From: Haplodiscus bocki
Lineage: Eukaryota
Reading direction: 5' to 3'
Assembly: GCA_965655095.1 (NCBI GenBank)
Contig: OZ296658.1
Span: forward strand, 60,512,001-60,576,000
DNA: 64,000 bases
Part shown: positions 24,301-38,100 of the stretch, one piece after another
How the letters are laid out: each line of letters begins with the position of its first letter
Numbering within the stretch: position 1 is the first letter of the stretch
Program-made: the position numbers and the translations under genes
The notes under the pieces: model-generated
What the model was told of the DNA's origin: nothing
Databases searched by the model: none
Seen by the model: only the letters and a program-made list of their open reading frames with translations

Positions 24301-27300
24301 TACCTAGTTTTTTCTCATGCCTTTTGATTTCTTGCGATAAAAATATCACGTGGCCTAATTGCTAGCTCTCATCTTTGTTTCACTTAAATAACAGCCGAAA
24401 TTTTTCCAAAAATTGTATATTTTTGCACCACATAATTATTAAACATGAGACAACAGAATTCGCAACAAATTGATTCTTCAGTGGTTTTAGCAGTACCTCT
24501 TCCCCCTTCAAAATATAATGTAGTTCCTCAAAATGTTCACTAGTTTGTTGTTGGTGCAGATATTACCAAGTTCAGCTCCGCTTTTTTGACTAAGTTGGGA
24601 CTTACTGTGTTTGACTTTCTGTGTGCACAAGATCCGATGAGTGTCCGACTGGTTTCACAATCCAGCAAATTTTGGTTGCTTGTTTTCAAATGATTAACTT
24701 AGATAAGCCATTTTTAATTTTGCATCCCGGCGTAAATTTTAATAACTGTACTCCACTAAGACGAACTGATTCTTTTTCAAACAGTTTATGCGCCTTCATG
24801 CTGTTTGAATATTTCAGTTGGCTAAGTTTTGCTCACAAAAAAGGGCTTCATTTAGACATTTCCTCAGAATATACTTACTGTGGTAAATGTAATGTAGTTG
24901 TTTTTTCCATCTTTCACGGTCATTTACAGTTCATATTTCTGTCTGCGTAAAAATTGTTCCTAGGTTTTCTTCGAACCCCATCAATTTGTCGGAAAAAGTT
25001 AATCACGGAGCGTTTTTGCAAACTTTCGCCCTTCTTCAATTGATTGACAACACAGTTTATTCCAGATATTTTCTGCACCTCCTATTACAACTGTTACACT
25101 CCAAAAGTAAATTGAATTCTGTGTGGGTTTCCAGTTGGTGAAGTTAACCTCGCAGTTTTAAATTCAGCTTCCACACACGCCATATTGGTTGCTGTTACCC
25201 ACTATAAAGCACACAGACTTTCTCTGAAATGGTGTTTACGCTTTGGTCTTGGTTGGTCCTTCCAGTGGCCCAGGTGACGCTCACAATAAAAAGCTTCGCT
25301 TCGAGACTTGCTGTAGCTCAATTCCGGAGGCAAGTTTTATATCAAATCCTTTTTCGCTTTTTTTCATCCGTTCACAGCTGGAGCTTGTGCCTCGTTACTA
25401 AAGTTGCCTAGACTTTCTTAATGCATTTTCGATGTCTTCCATAAAACTGATACCGTGGTCTGATTTCCAGCTTGGATGTATGTTTTAGTTATAAAACAAC
25501 AGACTCTGACCCATAGACGTGATTGCGTCTTCTCTTGTTACATATATACAGCTCAGTTAAGTGAGCTTCGGCGTCTTTGTTCAATCAGTGATTTTGGTAG
25601 TACAGCTTCACCTTCATTATCAACAATACTCCACGAGATGTTCTCTAGTGTTCCCTTGGCGCAAGTGTTGCCAAGCTCAGCTTCGCGTCGGTGTCTCCGT
25701 TCTTGGTGAAGGTGAGTTCGAGCTACTTCTTTTGTTTGTATGAGTTTCATTTGATGTCTCGAGCCCGAAAACGGTGGTTGGTTGTTTTGAAATGATTAAA
25801 AAATTTTTGCAACACATAGTTTCGCTTCCTGACATGCTGCATTGGTCGCTGCAAAACGTTGCGGTACAGAGAATAATTTTGTTTTCCTTCTTTTGAGCGC
25901 TGTTGTGTTGCTTGGTTGTTCAAATTGGTAAGAGTACGCTCCCCTAAGAAGCTTTGGTCCCAGATTGTCGCATTTACACCTGCTTGAGGGACAATCCATC
26001 ACAGTAGATTTTGTATTTTTCCATTCGTCGACAGCTCGTATTTGTGCTATGATACTGAAGTTACTACCTAAAATTTTCTCATGCAATTTCATTTCTTGCG
26101 AAAAACTATCACTTTGCCTAATTGCTAGGTCTTCTTTTAAATTCAGTTAAAAAAGAGCCGAAATTTTTCCAAAGTTGTATATTCTTGCTCCAGATAATTA
26201 TTAAACCTGAGCCAACAGAATTCGTGTCAAATTGATTCTTCAGTGGTTTTGGTAGTGCTTTTTCGCCCTTCAAAATAGGATATAGTTGAATATGTTCCTT
26301 GGTCTGTCGGTGGCGCAAATAATGCGAAACTCAGTTTCGATTTTCTGTCCAAGATGTGAGAAAAATTTTGTTTAACCTACTGTGTGCAAAAGTTTCGATT
26401 AGAGTCCGTCTGATTTCATGATTTGGCAGACTTAGGTCGCTCGTTTTCGGTTGGTTAGCCTATACAGGCAAATTTTACTTTTGCTTTCCGTTACAGTTTT
26501 CGATAACTGTAATCCATTACAAGACAAACTGATTTCTTTTAAAACACGTTATACGACTTCATGCTGGTTGGTTGTTTCAGTTGGCCATGTTTTTCTCACA
26601 AAAAAGAGCTTCTTTTGGAGATCTGCCAAGATTACACTTACGGTGGCAAACGTCACGTCGTTTCATTTTCTCTTCTTGTTGTTTTTTCACAGTCCGCATT
26701 TCTTTCTTCTTAAGAAACGTGCCTTGATTTTAATCAAATCCCATCAATTTGTTGCATAAAGTTAATCATGGGGCTTTTTTTTCGAACTTCCGGCTTTCTT
26801 CAATTGATTGACAACAAAATTCACTCCAGTAAATTTCTGCACCTCTCAAATCAATTTTTATACACCGGAAAAATCTTTTAAGATCTGTGTAAGTTTTAAG
26901 TAGTTGTTGTGGAAGATTCGGTATCCCTTCAACATCATTGGAACTTGCTCGATATATTCACAAGAAAACCACTGGTGCAAGTGTTGGCAAGCTCAACGTT
27001 GGCTCTGCGTCTCAGTTATGAGACAAAGCAAGTTTGAAGTAGCTTTCTAGTGCGCCTGATTTCCAAAAACAATCGATTTGATACCTCGAGCGAGGAAGTA
27101 ATAGTCCGCTAGATTCCAGTTGGTGAAGTTAACCTCGCAGTTTTAAATTCAGCTTCCACACACGCCATATTGGTTGCTGTTACCCACTATAAAGCACACA
27201 GACTTTCTCTGAAATGGTGTTTACGCTTTGGTCTTGGTTGGTCCTTCCAGTGGCCCAGGTGACGCTCACAATAAAAAGCTTCGCTTCGAGACTTGCTGTA

Positions 27301-30300
27301 GCTCAATTCCGGAGGCAAGTTTTATATCAAATCCTTTTTCGCTTTTTTTCATCCGTTCACAGCTGGAGCTTGTGCCTCGTTACTAAAGTTGCCTAGACTT
27401 TCTTAATGCATTTTCGATGTCTTCCATAAAACTGATACCGTGGTCTGATTTCCAGCTTGGATGTTTGATTTAGTTATAAAACAACAGACTCTGACCGCTA
27501 GACGTGATTGCGTCTTCTCTTGTTACATATATACAGCTCAGTTAAATGAGCTTCCGCGTCTTTGTTCAATCAGTGATTTTGGTAGTACAGCTTCATCTTC
27601 ATTATCAGCAATACTCCACGAGTTGTTCTCTATTGTTCCCGTGGCGCGAGGGTTGCCAAGCTCGGCTTCGCTTCTGTGTCCTCGTTCTTGGTGAAGGTGA
27701 ATTCGAGCTACAGCCTTGTTTGTATAAGTTGCAGTTGGCGTCCATTTGATCTCTCGAGCGAGAAAACGTTGGTTGGTTGTTTTGAGTTGAATAAAATTTA
27801 TTCGCAGAACATAGTTTCGCTTCCTGACAGGCATCATTGATTGCTGCGAAAGGTTGCGATGCAGAGAATAGTTTTGTTTTATTTCTTCTGAGCGGTGTTG
27901 TGTTGCTTGGTTGTTCAAATTGGTAAAAGTACGCTCCCCTAAGACGCTTTGATCCGAGATTTGCGCAATTACACCTGCTTGAGGGATAACCCATCACAGT
28001 AGTTTTTTGTATTTTCCCATTCGTTGACAGCTCGTATTTGAGCTATGATACTGAAGTTACTACCTAGTTTTTTCTCATGCCTTTTGATTTCTTGCGATAA
28101 AAATATCACGTGGCCTAATTGCTAGCTCTCATCTTTGTTTCACTTAAATAACAGCCGAAATTTTTCCAAAAATTGTATATTTTTGCACCACATAATTATT
28201 AAACATGAGACAACAGAATTCGCAACAAATTGATTCTTCAGTGGTTTTAGCAGTACCTCTTCCCCCTTCAAAATATAATGTAGTTCCTCAAAATGTTCAC
28301 TAGTTTGTTGTTGGTGCAGATATTACCAAGTTCAGCTCCGCTTTTTTGACTAAGTTGGGACTTACTGTGTTTGACTTTCTGTGTGCACAAGATCCGATGA
28401 GTGTCCGACTGGTTTCACAATCCAGCAAATTTTGGTTGCTTGTTTTCAAATGATTAACTTAGATAAGCCATTTTTAATTTTGCATCCCGGCGTAAATTTT
28501 AATAACTGTACTCCACTAAGACGAACTGATTCTTTTTCAAACAGTTTATGCGCCTTCATGCTGTTTGAATATTTCAGTTGGCTAAGTTTTGCTCACAAAA
28601 AAGGGCTTCATTTAGACATTTCCTCAGAATATACTTACTGTGGTAAATGTAATGTAGTTGTTTTTTCCATCTTTCACGGTCATTTACAGTTCATATTTCT
28701 GTCTGCGTAAAAATTGTTCCTAGGTTTTCTTCGAACCCCATCAATTTGTCGGAAAAAGTTAATCACGGAGCGTTTTTGCAAACTTTCGCCCTTCTTCAAT
28801 TGATTGACAACACAGTTTATTCCAGATATTTTCTGCACCTCCTATTACAACTGTTACACTCCAAAAGTAAATTGAATTCTGTGTGGGTTTCCAGTTGGTG
28901 AAGTTAACCTCGCAGTTTTAAATTCAGCTTCCACACACGCCATATTGGTTGCTGTTACCCACTATAAAGCACACAGACTTTCTCTGAAATGGTGTTTACG
29001 CTTTGGTCTTGGTTGGTCCTTCCAGTGGCCCAGGTGACGCTCACAATAAAAAGCTTCGCTTCGAGACTTGCTGTAGCTCAATTCCGGAGGCAAGTTTTAT
29101 ATCAAATCCTTTTTCGCTTTTTTTCATCCGTTCACAGCTGGAGCTTGTGCCTCGTTACTAAAGTTGCCTAGACTTTCTTAATGCATTTTCGATGTCTTCC
29201 ATAAAACTGATACCGTGGTCTGATTTCCAGCTTGGATGTATGTTTTAGTTATAAAACAACAGACTCTGACCCATAGACGTGATTGCGTCTTCTCTTGTTA
29301 CATATATACAGCTCAGTTAAGTGAGCTTCGGCGTCTTTGTTCAATCAGTGATTTTGGTAGTACAGCTTCACCTTCATTATCAACAATACTCCACGAGATG
29401 TTCTCTAGTGTTCCCTTGGCGCAAGTGTTGCCAAGCTCAGCTTCGCGTCGGTGTCTCCGTTCTTGGTGAAGGTGAGTTCGAGCTACTTCTTTTGTTTGTA
29501 TGAGTTTCATTTGATGTCTCGAGCCCGAAAACGGTGGTTGGTTGTTTTGAAATGATTAAAAAATTTTTGCAACACATAGTTTCGCTTCCTGACATGCTGC
29601 ATTGGTCGCTGCAAAACGTTGCGGTACAGAGAATAGTTTTGTTTTCCTTCTTTTGAGCGCTGTTGTGTTGCTTGGTTGTTCAAATTGGTAAGAGTACGCT
29701 CCCCTAAGAAGCTTTGGTCCCAGATTGTCGCATTTACACCTGCTTGAGGGACAATCCATCACAGTAGATTTTGTATTTTTCCATTCGTCGACAGCTCGTA
29801 TTTGTGCTATGATACTGAAGTTACTACCTAAAATTTTCTCATGCAATTTCATTTCTTGCGAAAAACTATCACTTTGCCTAATTGCTAGGTCTTCTTTTAA
29901 ATTCAGTTAAAAAAGAGCCGAAATTTTTCCAAAGTTGTATATTCTTGCTCCAGATAATTATTGAACCTGAGACAACAGAATTCGTAACAAATTTATTCTT
30001 CAGTGGTTTTGAAAGTACCTCTTCCTCCTTCACAAATAGGATGTAGTTCCTCAAAAGGTTCACTAGTTTGTTGTTGGTGCAGATATTACCAAGTTCAGCT
30101 CCGTTTTTCTGACTAAGTTGGGACTTACTGTGTTTGACTTTCTGTGTGCACAAGATCCGATGAGAGTCCGACTGGTTTCACAATCCAGCAAATTTTGGTT
30201 GCTTGTTTTCAAATGGTTAAATTAGACAGGCCATTTTTAATTTTGCATCCCGGCGTAAATTTTAATAACTGTACTCCACTAAGACGAACTGATTCTTTTT

Positions 30301-32100
30301 CAAACAGTTTATGCGCCTTCATGCTGTTTGAAAATTTCAGTTGGCCAAGTTTTGCTCACAAAAAAGAGCTTCATTCAGATATTTCCTCAGAATATACTTA
30401 CTGTGGTAAATGTAATGTAGTGGTTTTTTCCATCTTTCACGGTCATTTACAGTTCACATTTGTGTCTGCGTAAAAATTGTTCCTAGGTTTTCTTCGAACC
30501 CCATCAATTTGTTGGAAAAAATTAATCACGGAGCGTTTTTGCAAACTTTCGCCCTTCTTCAATTGATTGACAACACAGTTTATTCCAGATATTTTCTGCA
30601 CCTCCTATTACAACTGTTACACTCCAAAAGTAAATTGAATTCTGTGTGGGTTTCCATTTGGTGAAGTTAACCTCGCAGTTTTAAATTCAGCTTCCACACA
30701 CGCCATATTGGTTGCTGTTACCCACTATAAAGCACACAGACTTTCTCTGAAATGGTGTTTACGCTTTGGTCTTGGTTGGTCCTTCCAGTGGCCCAGGTGA
30801 CGCTCACAATAAAAAGCTTCGCTTCGAGACTTGCTGTAGCTCAATTCCGGAGGCAAGTTTTATATCAAATCCTTTTTCGCTTTTTTTCATCCGTTCACAG
30901 CTGGAGCTTGTGCGTCGTTACTAAAGTTGCCTAGACTTTCTTAATGCATTTTCGATGTCTTCCATAAAACTGATACCGTGGTCTGATTTCCAGCTTGGAT
31001 GTTTGTTTTAGTTATAAAACAACAGACTCTGACCGCTAGACGTGATTGCGTCTTCTCTTGTTACGTATATACTGCTCAGTTAAGTGAGCTTCGGCGTTTT
31101 TGTTCAATCAGTGATTTTGGTAGTACAGCTTCACCTTCATTATCAGCAATACTCCACGAGATGTTCTCTATTGTTCCCGTGGCGCAAGTGTTACCAACCT
31201 CAGCTTCGCGTCGGTGTCTCCGTTCCTGGTGAAGGTGAGTTCGAGCTACTTCTTTTGTTTGTATGAGGTTCATTTGATGTCTCGAGCCCGAAAACGTTGG
31301 TTGGTTGTTTTGAAATGATTAAAAATTTTTTGCAACACATAGTTTCGCTTCCTGACATGCTGCATTGTTCGCTGCAAAACGTTGCGGTACAGAGAATAGT
31401 TTTGTTTTCTTTCTTCTGAGCGCTGTTGTATTGCTTGGTTGTTCAAATTGGTAAGAGTACGCTCCCCTAAGAAGCTTTGGTCCCAGATTGTCGCATTTAC
31501 ACCTGCTTGAGGGACAATCCATCACAGTAGATTTTGTATTTTTCCATTCGTCGACAGCTCGTATTTGTGCTATGATACTGAAGTTACTACCTAAATTTTT
31601 CTCATGCAATTTCATTTCTTGCGAAAAACTGTCACTTTGCCTAATTGCTAGGTCTTCTTTTAAATTCAGTTAAAAAAGAGCCGAAATTTTTCCAAAGTTT
31701 GTATATTCTTGCTCCAGATAATTATCGAACCTGAGACAACAGAATTCGTAACAAAATTATTCTTCAGTGGTTTTGAAAGTACCTCTTCCTCCTTCACAAA
31801 TAGGATGTAGTTCCTCAAAACGTTCACTAGTTTGTTGTTGGTGCAGATATTACCAAGTTCAGCTCCGTTTTTCTGACTAAGTTGGGACTTACTGTGTTTG
31901 ACTTTCTGTGTGCACAAGATCCGATGAGAGTCCGACTGGTTTCACAATCCAGCAAATTTTGGTTGCTTGTTTTCAAATGGTTAACTTAGACAGGCCATTT
32001 TTAATTTTGCATCCCGGCGTAAATTTTAATAACTGTACTCCACTAAGACGAACTGATTCTTTTTCCAACAGTTTATGCGCCTTCATGGTGTTTGGTTATT
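21301..32100. repeat. Array B subfamily B1
   Basis: Diagnostic string ataaaacaacagactctgacc(g/c)(c/a)tagacgtgattgcgtcttctcttg in six units (~21720, 23718, 25493, 27478, 29253, 31016). It is not seen after 32 kb. Confidence 0.85.
22440..29960. repeat. Near-perfect 3760-bp tandem duplication (1775-bp + 1985-bp unit dimer)
   Basis: All ORFs shift by exactly 3760 (22691/26451, 23454/27214, 24621/28381, 25476/29236, 25796/29556). I spotted only isolated substitutions (22669/26429, 25876/29636). Confidence 0.95.
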
Positions 32101-35100
32101 TCATTTGGCCAGGATTTGCTCGCAAAAAAAGGAATTTCATTTAGACAACTGCTCAGAAAAATTTTTCTGTGACAAATGTAAAATCGTTGTTCTTTTTCCT
32201 CTTTCACGTTAATTTACAGTTCACATTTGTGTCAGCGTAAAAAGTTTTCTCATATTTTAACCAAACCCAATCATTTCTTGGAAAAAGTTAATCACGGAGC
32301 GTTTTTGCAGACTTTCGCCCTTCTTCAATTGAGTGACAACAAAGTATATTGCAGATATTTTCTGCACCTGCTTTTACAACTGTTACACTCCAGAAGTAAA
32401 ATGATTTCTGTGTAACTGTTTAGTTGATTTTTTGGTAGAATCACTTTCCCCATAACATTAGTGGAACCTGTTCGATATTTTCACAAGTAATCCACTAGCG
32501 CAAATAATGCCAAGCTCAACGTCAGCTCTGTGTCTTAGTTGTGAGGCAAACTAAACTTGAAGTTGCTTTTTAGTGTGTCTGATTTCCATATAAAATCCAT
32601 TTGATATCTCGATCGAGGAATTTATCATCCGCTAGTTTCCAGTTGGTGAAGTTAACCTCGCAGTTTTGAATTTAGCTTCCACACACGCCATATTCTTTGC
32701 TGTAACACACTTTAAAGCACACGGTTTTTCTTTGAAAATGTTTTTTCGGTTTGGTCTTGGTTGGTCCTTCCAGTGGGCCAGGTTTTGCTTACAAAAAAGA
32801 CCTTCGCTTCAAATTTTGATGTAGTTCACCAGCGCAGGCAAGTTTTCTTCCGAACTGTTTTTAGTTTTTCCCTTCCGTTCGAGGCCTACTTTTGTGCCTG
32901 CAAACTAAAGTTGCCCAGACTTTGCTCAAGCGTTCACAATGTTTTCCATGAAAAGATTACTGTGGCTTGTCTTCCAGCTGGAACGTTTTGTATTAGTTGA
33001 ACAACAACAGAATTAACAGCTAAAATTGGTTGCGCTACTTAATATTAAATATATACACCTCAGTTAGGTGAACGTTTGTGTATTTGTTAAATCAGTAAGT
33101 TTGATAGAACATCTTTACGTTCAAAATCAGCAATACTTGTTGAGATTTGCGCTGGTGTTCCCTTGGGGCAAGTGTTGCCATGCTCAGCTACGCCTCTGGG
33201 TCTTTGTTATGGGTCAGGTAAATTTGAGCCACATCGTTTGTTTGGATGAGTTCCATTTGGAGTCCGTTTGATGTCTCGAGCGGGGAATATTGTTGCTAGG
33301 TTGTTATTGGTTGGTCAAATTTTACCTGCAAAACTGAGATTTGCTTCCAGACAGGCTGTATTGATGACTGCGATACGGTGCGATACAGAGGAGAGTTTTT
33401 TTAACTTCATTTGAGCGCTGTTTTTTGGTTAATTGTTCAAGTTGGTAAGAGTACGCCCCAAAAAAACGCTTTGCTCTGAGACTCGCAAAATTACACCTGA
33501 TTGAGAAAAAAGTCCATCACAGCCGTTTTTCTTCTTTGCACTCGTTCCCAACTCGCATTTGTGCTCTCATACTGAAGTTACTACCTAAGCTTTGTCCATG
33601 CTTTTTTGATTTCTTGCAAGAAAACTATCACATGGACTAATTGCTAGCTATTCTGCTGGTTTCAGTTAAACAACAGTCGAAACTTCCCCAAAAGTTGTAT
33701 ATTTTTTCTCCACAAAATTATTAAACCTGAGACAACAGAATTTGTGTCAAATTGATTCTTCAGTAGCTTTGGTAGCACCTCTTCGCCATTCAAAATAAGT
33801 TATAGTTGTTGAATATGTTCACTGTTGTGTCGTTGGTGCAGATATTGCCAGGTTCAGCTTCGGTTGTTGGTCTAAGTTGTGAGAAAATCTATGATTGACT
33901 TACTGTGTGCCCATGTTCCGATGAGAAACCGACTCATTTCACAATCAAGCAAAATTTGGTTGCTCCTTTTCTGTTGGTTAGCTTAGACAGGCAATTTATA
34001 CTTTTGAATCCCGGCACAAGTTTTGATAACTGTACTCCACAGACACGAACTGCTTCTTTTTCAAACATTTTATGCGCCTTCTTGCTGTTTGATCACTTCT
34101 ATTGGCCAAGTTTTGCTCACAAAAAAAGAGCTTCATTTTGATATTCGCTCAGAATATACCTTCTGCGGCAAATGTAAAGTCATTGTTCTTTTCCCTCTTT
34201 CACGTTCGCTTACTTTTCACCTTTGTGTCTACGTAAAAATTGTTCGAAGATTTTAATCGAACCCCATCAATTTATTGGAAAAAGTTAATCACGGGGCGTT
34301 TTTTCAAACTTTCGGCTTTCTCCGATTGACTGACGACAAAATTCATTCCAGACATTTTCTGCACCTCCCAGTACAATTGTTATATTCCAAAAGTAAATTG
34401 AAATCTGTGTGATTGTTGACTTGGTTTTTTGGTAGAATCACTTTCCCCATAACCTTAGTTGAATTTGCTCGATATAATCACAAGCAATACACTGGCGCAA
34501 ATGTTGCCAAGCTCAGTGTTAGCTCTGGGTCTCAGTTGTGCGGCAAAGTAAACTTCAAGTAGCTTTTTAGTGTGTCTGATTTCCAATTAGAATCCATTTG
34601 ATATCTCGAGCGAGGAATTAATGGTCGGCTAGTTTCCAGTTGGTGAAGTTAACCTCGCAGTTTTAAATTCAGCTTCCACACACGCCATATTGGTTGCTGT
34701 AACCCACTATAAAGCACATGGACATTCTTTGAAAAAGTTTCCTCGCTTTGGTCTTGGTTGGTCCTTCCAGTGGGCCAGGTTCTGTTTACAAATAAAGACC
34801 TTCGCTTCAAGTTTTGCTGTAAATCACCAGCGCAGGCAACTTTCCTTTCTAACTGTTTTTAGTTTTTCCTTTCCGTTAAAGGCCTAGTTTTTTGCCTGCA
34901 TACTAAAGTTGCCTAGACTCTGCTCAAGCGTTCACGATGTTTCCCATGAAAACATTACCGTAGCTTGTTTTCCAGCTTGCACGTTTGTTTCAGTTGATGA
35001 ACAACAGAATTGACCGCTAAAAGTGGTTGCGCTACATAATATTAAATGTATACACCTTAGTTGAGTAAACTTTTGTGAATTTGTGAAATCAGTAGGTTTG

Positions 35101-38100
35101 ATAGTACATCCTTACCTTCATTATTAGCAATACTTCTCGAGATTTGCGCTAGTGTTCCCTTAGCGCGTATGTTGCCATGCTCAGCTACTCCTCTGTGTCT
35201 TTGTTCTGGTTCAGGTGAAATTGAGCTACATCGTTTGTTTGGATGAGTTCCTTTTGGTGTCATTTGATGTCTCGAGCGGGAACAATGTTGCTTGGTTGTT
35301 ATTAGTTGGTCCATTTTTACCTGCAAAACTGAGATTTGCTTCCAGACACGCTGTATTGATTACTGCGATAAGGTGCGATACAGAAAAGAGTTTTTTACCT
35401 TCATTCGAGCGCTGTTGTGTTGGTTAATTGTTCAAGTTGGCAAGAATACACACCCATTAGGACTTTCTGCCCCGAGACTCGCACAATTACACTTGCTTCA
35501 GAAAAAAGTCCATCGCAGTCATTTTTCTGCTTTCCAATAGTTCCCAGCTCGCATTTGTGCTCTCATACTGAAGTTACTACCTAGATTTTGTCCATGCATT
35601 TTTGAATTCTTGCAATAATACCATCGCATGGCCTAATTGCCACCTCTTTTGCTGGTTTGTGTTAAATAACAGCCGAAATTTTTCCAAAAGTTGTTTGTTT
35701 TTGCACCAGATAATTATTAAACCTGAGACAACAGAATTCGTGTGAAATTGATTCTTCAGTAGTTTTGGTAGCACCTCTTCCCCATTCAAATAGGGATATA
35801 GTTGCTCAAAATGTTCACTCATGTGTCGTTGGTGCAGATTTTGCCAAGTTCAGCTTCACTTGTCGGTCTAAGTTGTGAGAAAAGCTATGTTTGACTGACT
35901 GCGTGCCCAAGTTCCGATGGGAGTCCGATTCATTTCACAATCAAGCAAAATTTGGTTGCGTCTTTTCTCTTGGATAGCTTAGACAGGCATGTTTTAGTTT
36001 TGCATCCCGGCACAACTTTTGATTGCTGTACTCCACTAAGACGAACTGAATCTTTTTGAAACAGTTTGTGCGCCTTCATGCTGTTTGTTCATTTCAGTTG
36101 GCCAAGTTTTGCTCACAAAAAAAAGACCTTTATTTTGATATTTGCTCAGGATATACATTCTGTGGCATATGTACAGTCGATGTTTTTTTCCCTCTTTCAC
36201 GTTCATTTACAGTTCACATTTGTGTCTACGTAAAAATTGTTCCTAGATTTTAATCCAACCCATCAATTTGTTGGAGAAAAAAAATCACAGGGCGTTTTTT
36301 CAAAATTTCGGCTTTCTGCAATTGATTGACAACAAAATTCGTTCCGGATATTTTCTGCACCTCCTAATACAATTGTTACACTCCAAAATTAAATGAAATC
36401 TGTTTAAATGTTTGCTTGGTTTTTGGTAGAAACACTTTCCCCATAATAATAGTCGAACTTGCTCGATATAATCACAAGTAATTGACTGGCGCAAATGTTG
36501 CCAGGCTCAGCGTCAGCTGTGGGTCTCAGTTGTGAGGCAAAGTAAACTTCGAGTAGCCTTTTTGTGTGTCTGATTTCCGAATAGAATCCATTTGATATCT
36601 CGATCGAGGAATTACCGATCCGCTAGTTTCCAGTTGGTGAAGTTGACCTCGCAGTTTTAAATTCAGCTTCCACACACGCCATTTTAGTTGCTGTAACCCA
36701 CTATAAACCACACGGATTTTCTCTGAAAGTGTTTACACGCTTTGCTCTTGGTTCGTCCTTCCAGTGGGCCAGGTTCTGTTTACAAAAAAAGGCTTCGCTT
36801 CAAGTTTTGCTGTAGTTCACCAGCGCAGGCAACTTTTCTTTCGAACTGTTTTTAGTTTTTCCCTATTGTTCAATTCCTACTTTTGTGCCTGCATGCTAAA
36901 GTTGCCTAGACTTTGCTCAAGCGTTCACGATGTTTTCCATGAAAAGATTACCGTGCTTTGTTTTCCAGCTTGCACGTTTTTTTTAGTTGAACAACAACAG
37001 AATTCACCGCTAATTTTGGTTCCGCTACTTAATTTTAAATAAATACACCTTAGTTGAGTAAACTTTTATGTATTTGTGAAATCAGTAAGTTTGATAGTAC
37101 ATCTTTACCTTCATTATCAGCAATACTTCTCGAGATTTGCGCTAGTGTTCCCTTGGCGCATATGTTGCCATGCTCAGCTACTCCTCTGTGTCTTTGTTCC
37201 GGTTTGTTTAGATTAGTTCCTTTTGGTGTCATTTGATGTCTCCAGCGGGAACAATCTTGCTTGGTTTTTATTAGTTGGTCAATTTTTACCTGCAAAACTG
37301 AGATTTGCTTCCAGATACGCTGTATTGATTACTGCGATACGGTGCGATACAGAGGAGAGTTTTTTTTAAATTCTTTTGAGCGCTGTTTTTTGGTTAAATG
37401 TTCAGGTTGGTAAGAGTACGCCCCAATAGGACGCTTTGCTCTGAGACTCGCACAATTACACCTGCTTGAGAAAAAAGTCCATCACAGTCGTTTTTCTTTT
37501 TTCCACTCGCTCCCAGCTCGCATTTGTGCTCTCATGCTGAAGTTACTACATAGACTTCGTCTATGCATCTTTGATTTCTTGAAATAAAACTGTCACGTGG
37601 CCTAATTGCTAGCTCTTATGCTGGTTTCAGTTAAACAACAGCCGAATTTTTTCCAAAAGTTGTATATTTTTGCACCACACGAATATTAAACCTGAGACAA
37701 CAGAATTCGTGTCAAATTGATTCTTCAGTAGTTTTGGTAGCACCTCTTTGCTATTCAAAATAAGATATAGTTGCTCAATATGTTCACTGGTGTGTCGTTG
37801 GTGCAGATATTGCCAGGTTCAGCTTCGCTTGTCGGTATAAGTTGTGAGAAAATGTATGTTTGACTTACTGTGTGCCCAAGTTCCGATGAGAAACCGACTC
37901 TTTTCACAATCAAGCAAAAGTTGGTTGCTTCTTTTCTGTTGGTTAGCTTAGACAAGCAACTTTTATGTTTGCATCCCGGCACAAGTTTTGAGAACTGTAT
38001 TCCAGTAAGACGAACTGATTCTTTTTCAAACATTTTATGCGCCTTCATGCTGTTCGATTGTTTCAGTTGGCCAAAATTTGCTCACAAAAAAGAGCTTCAT

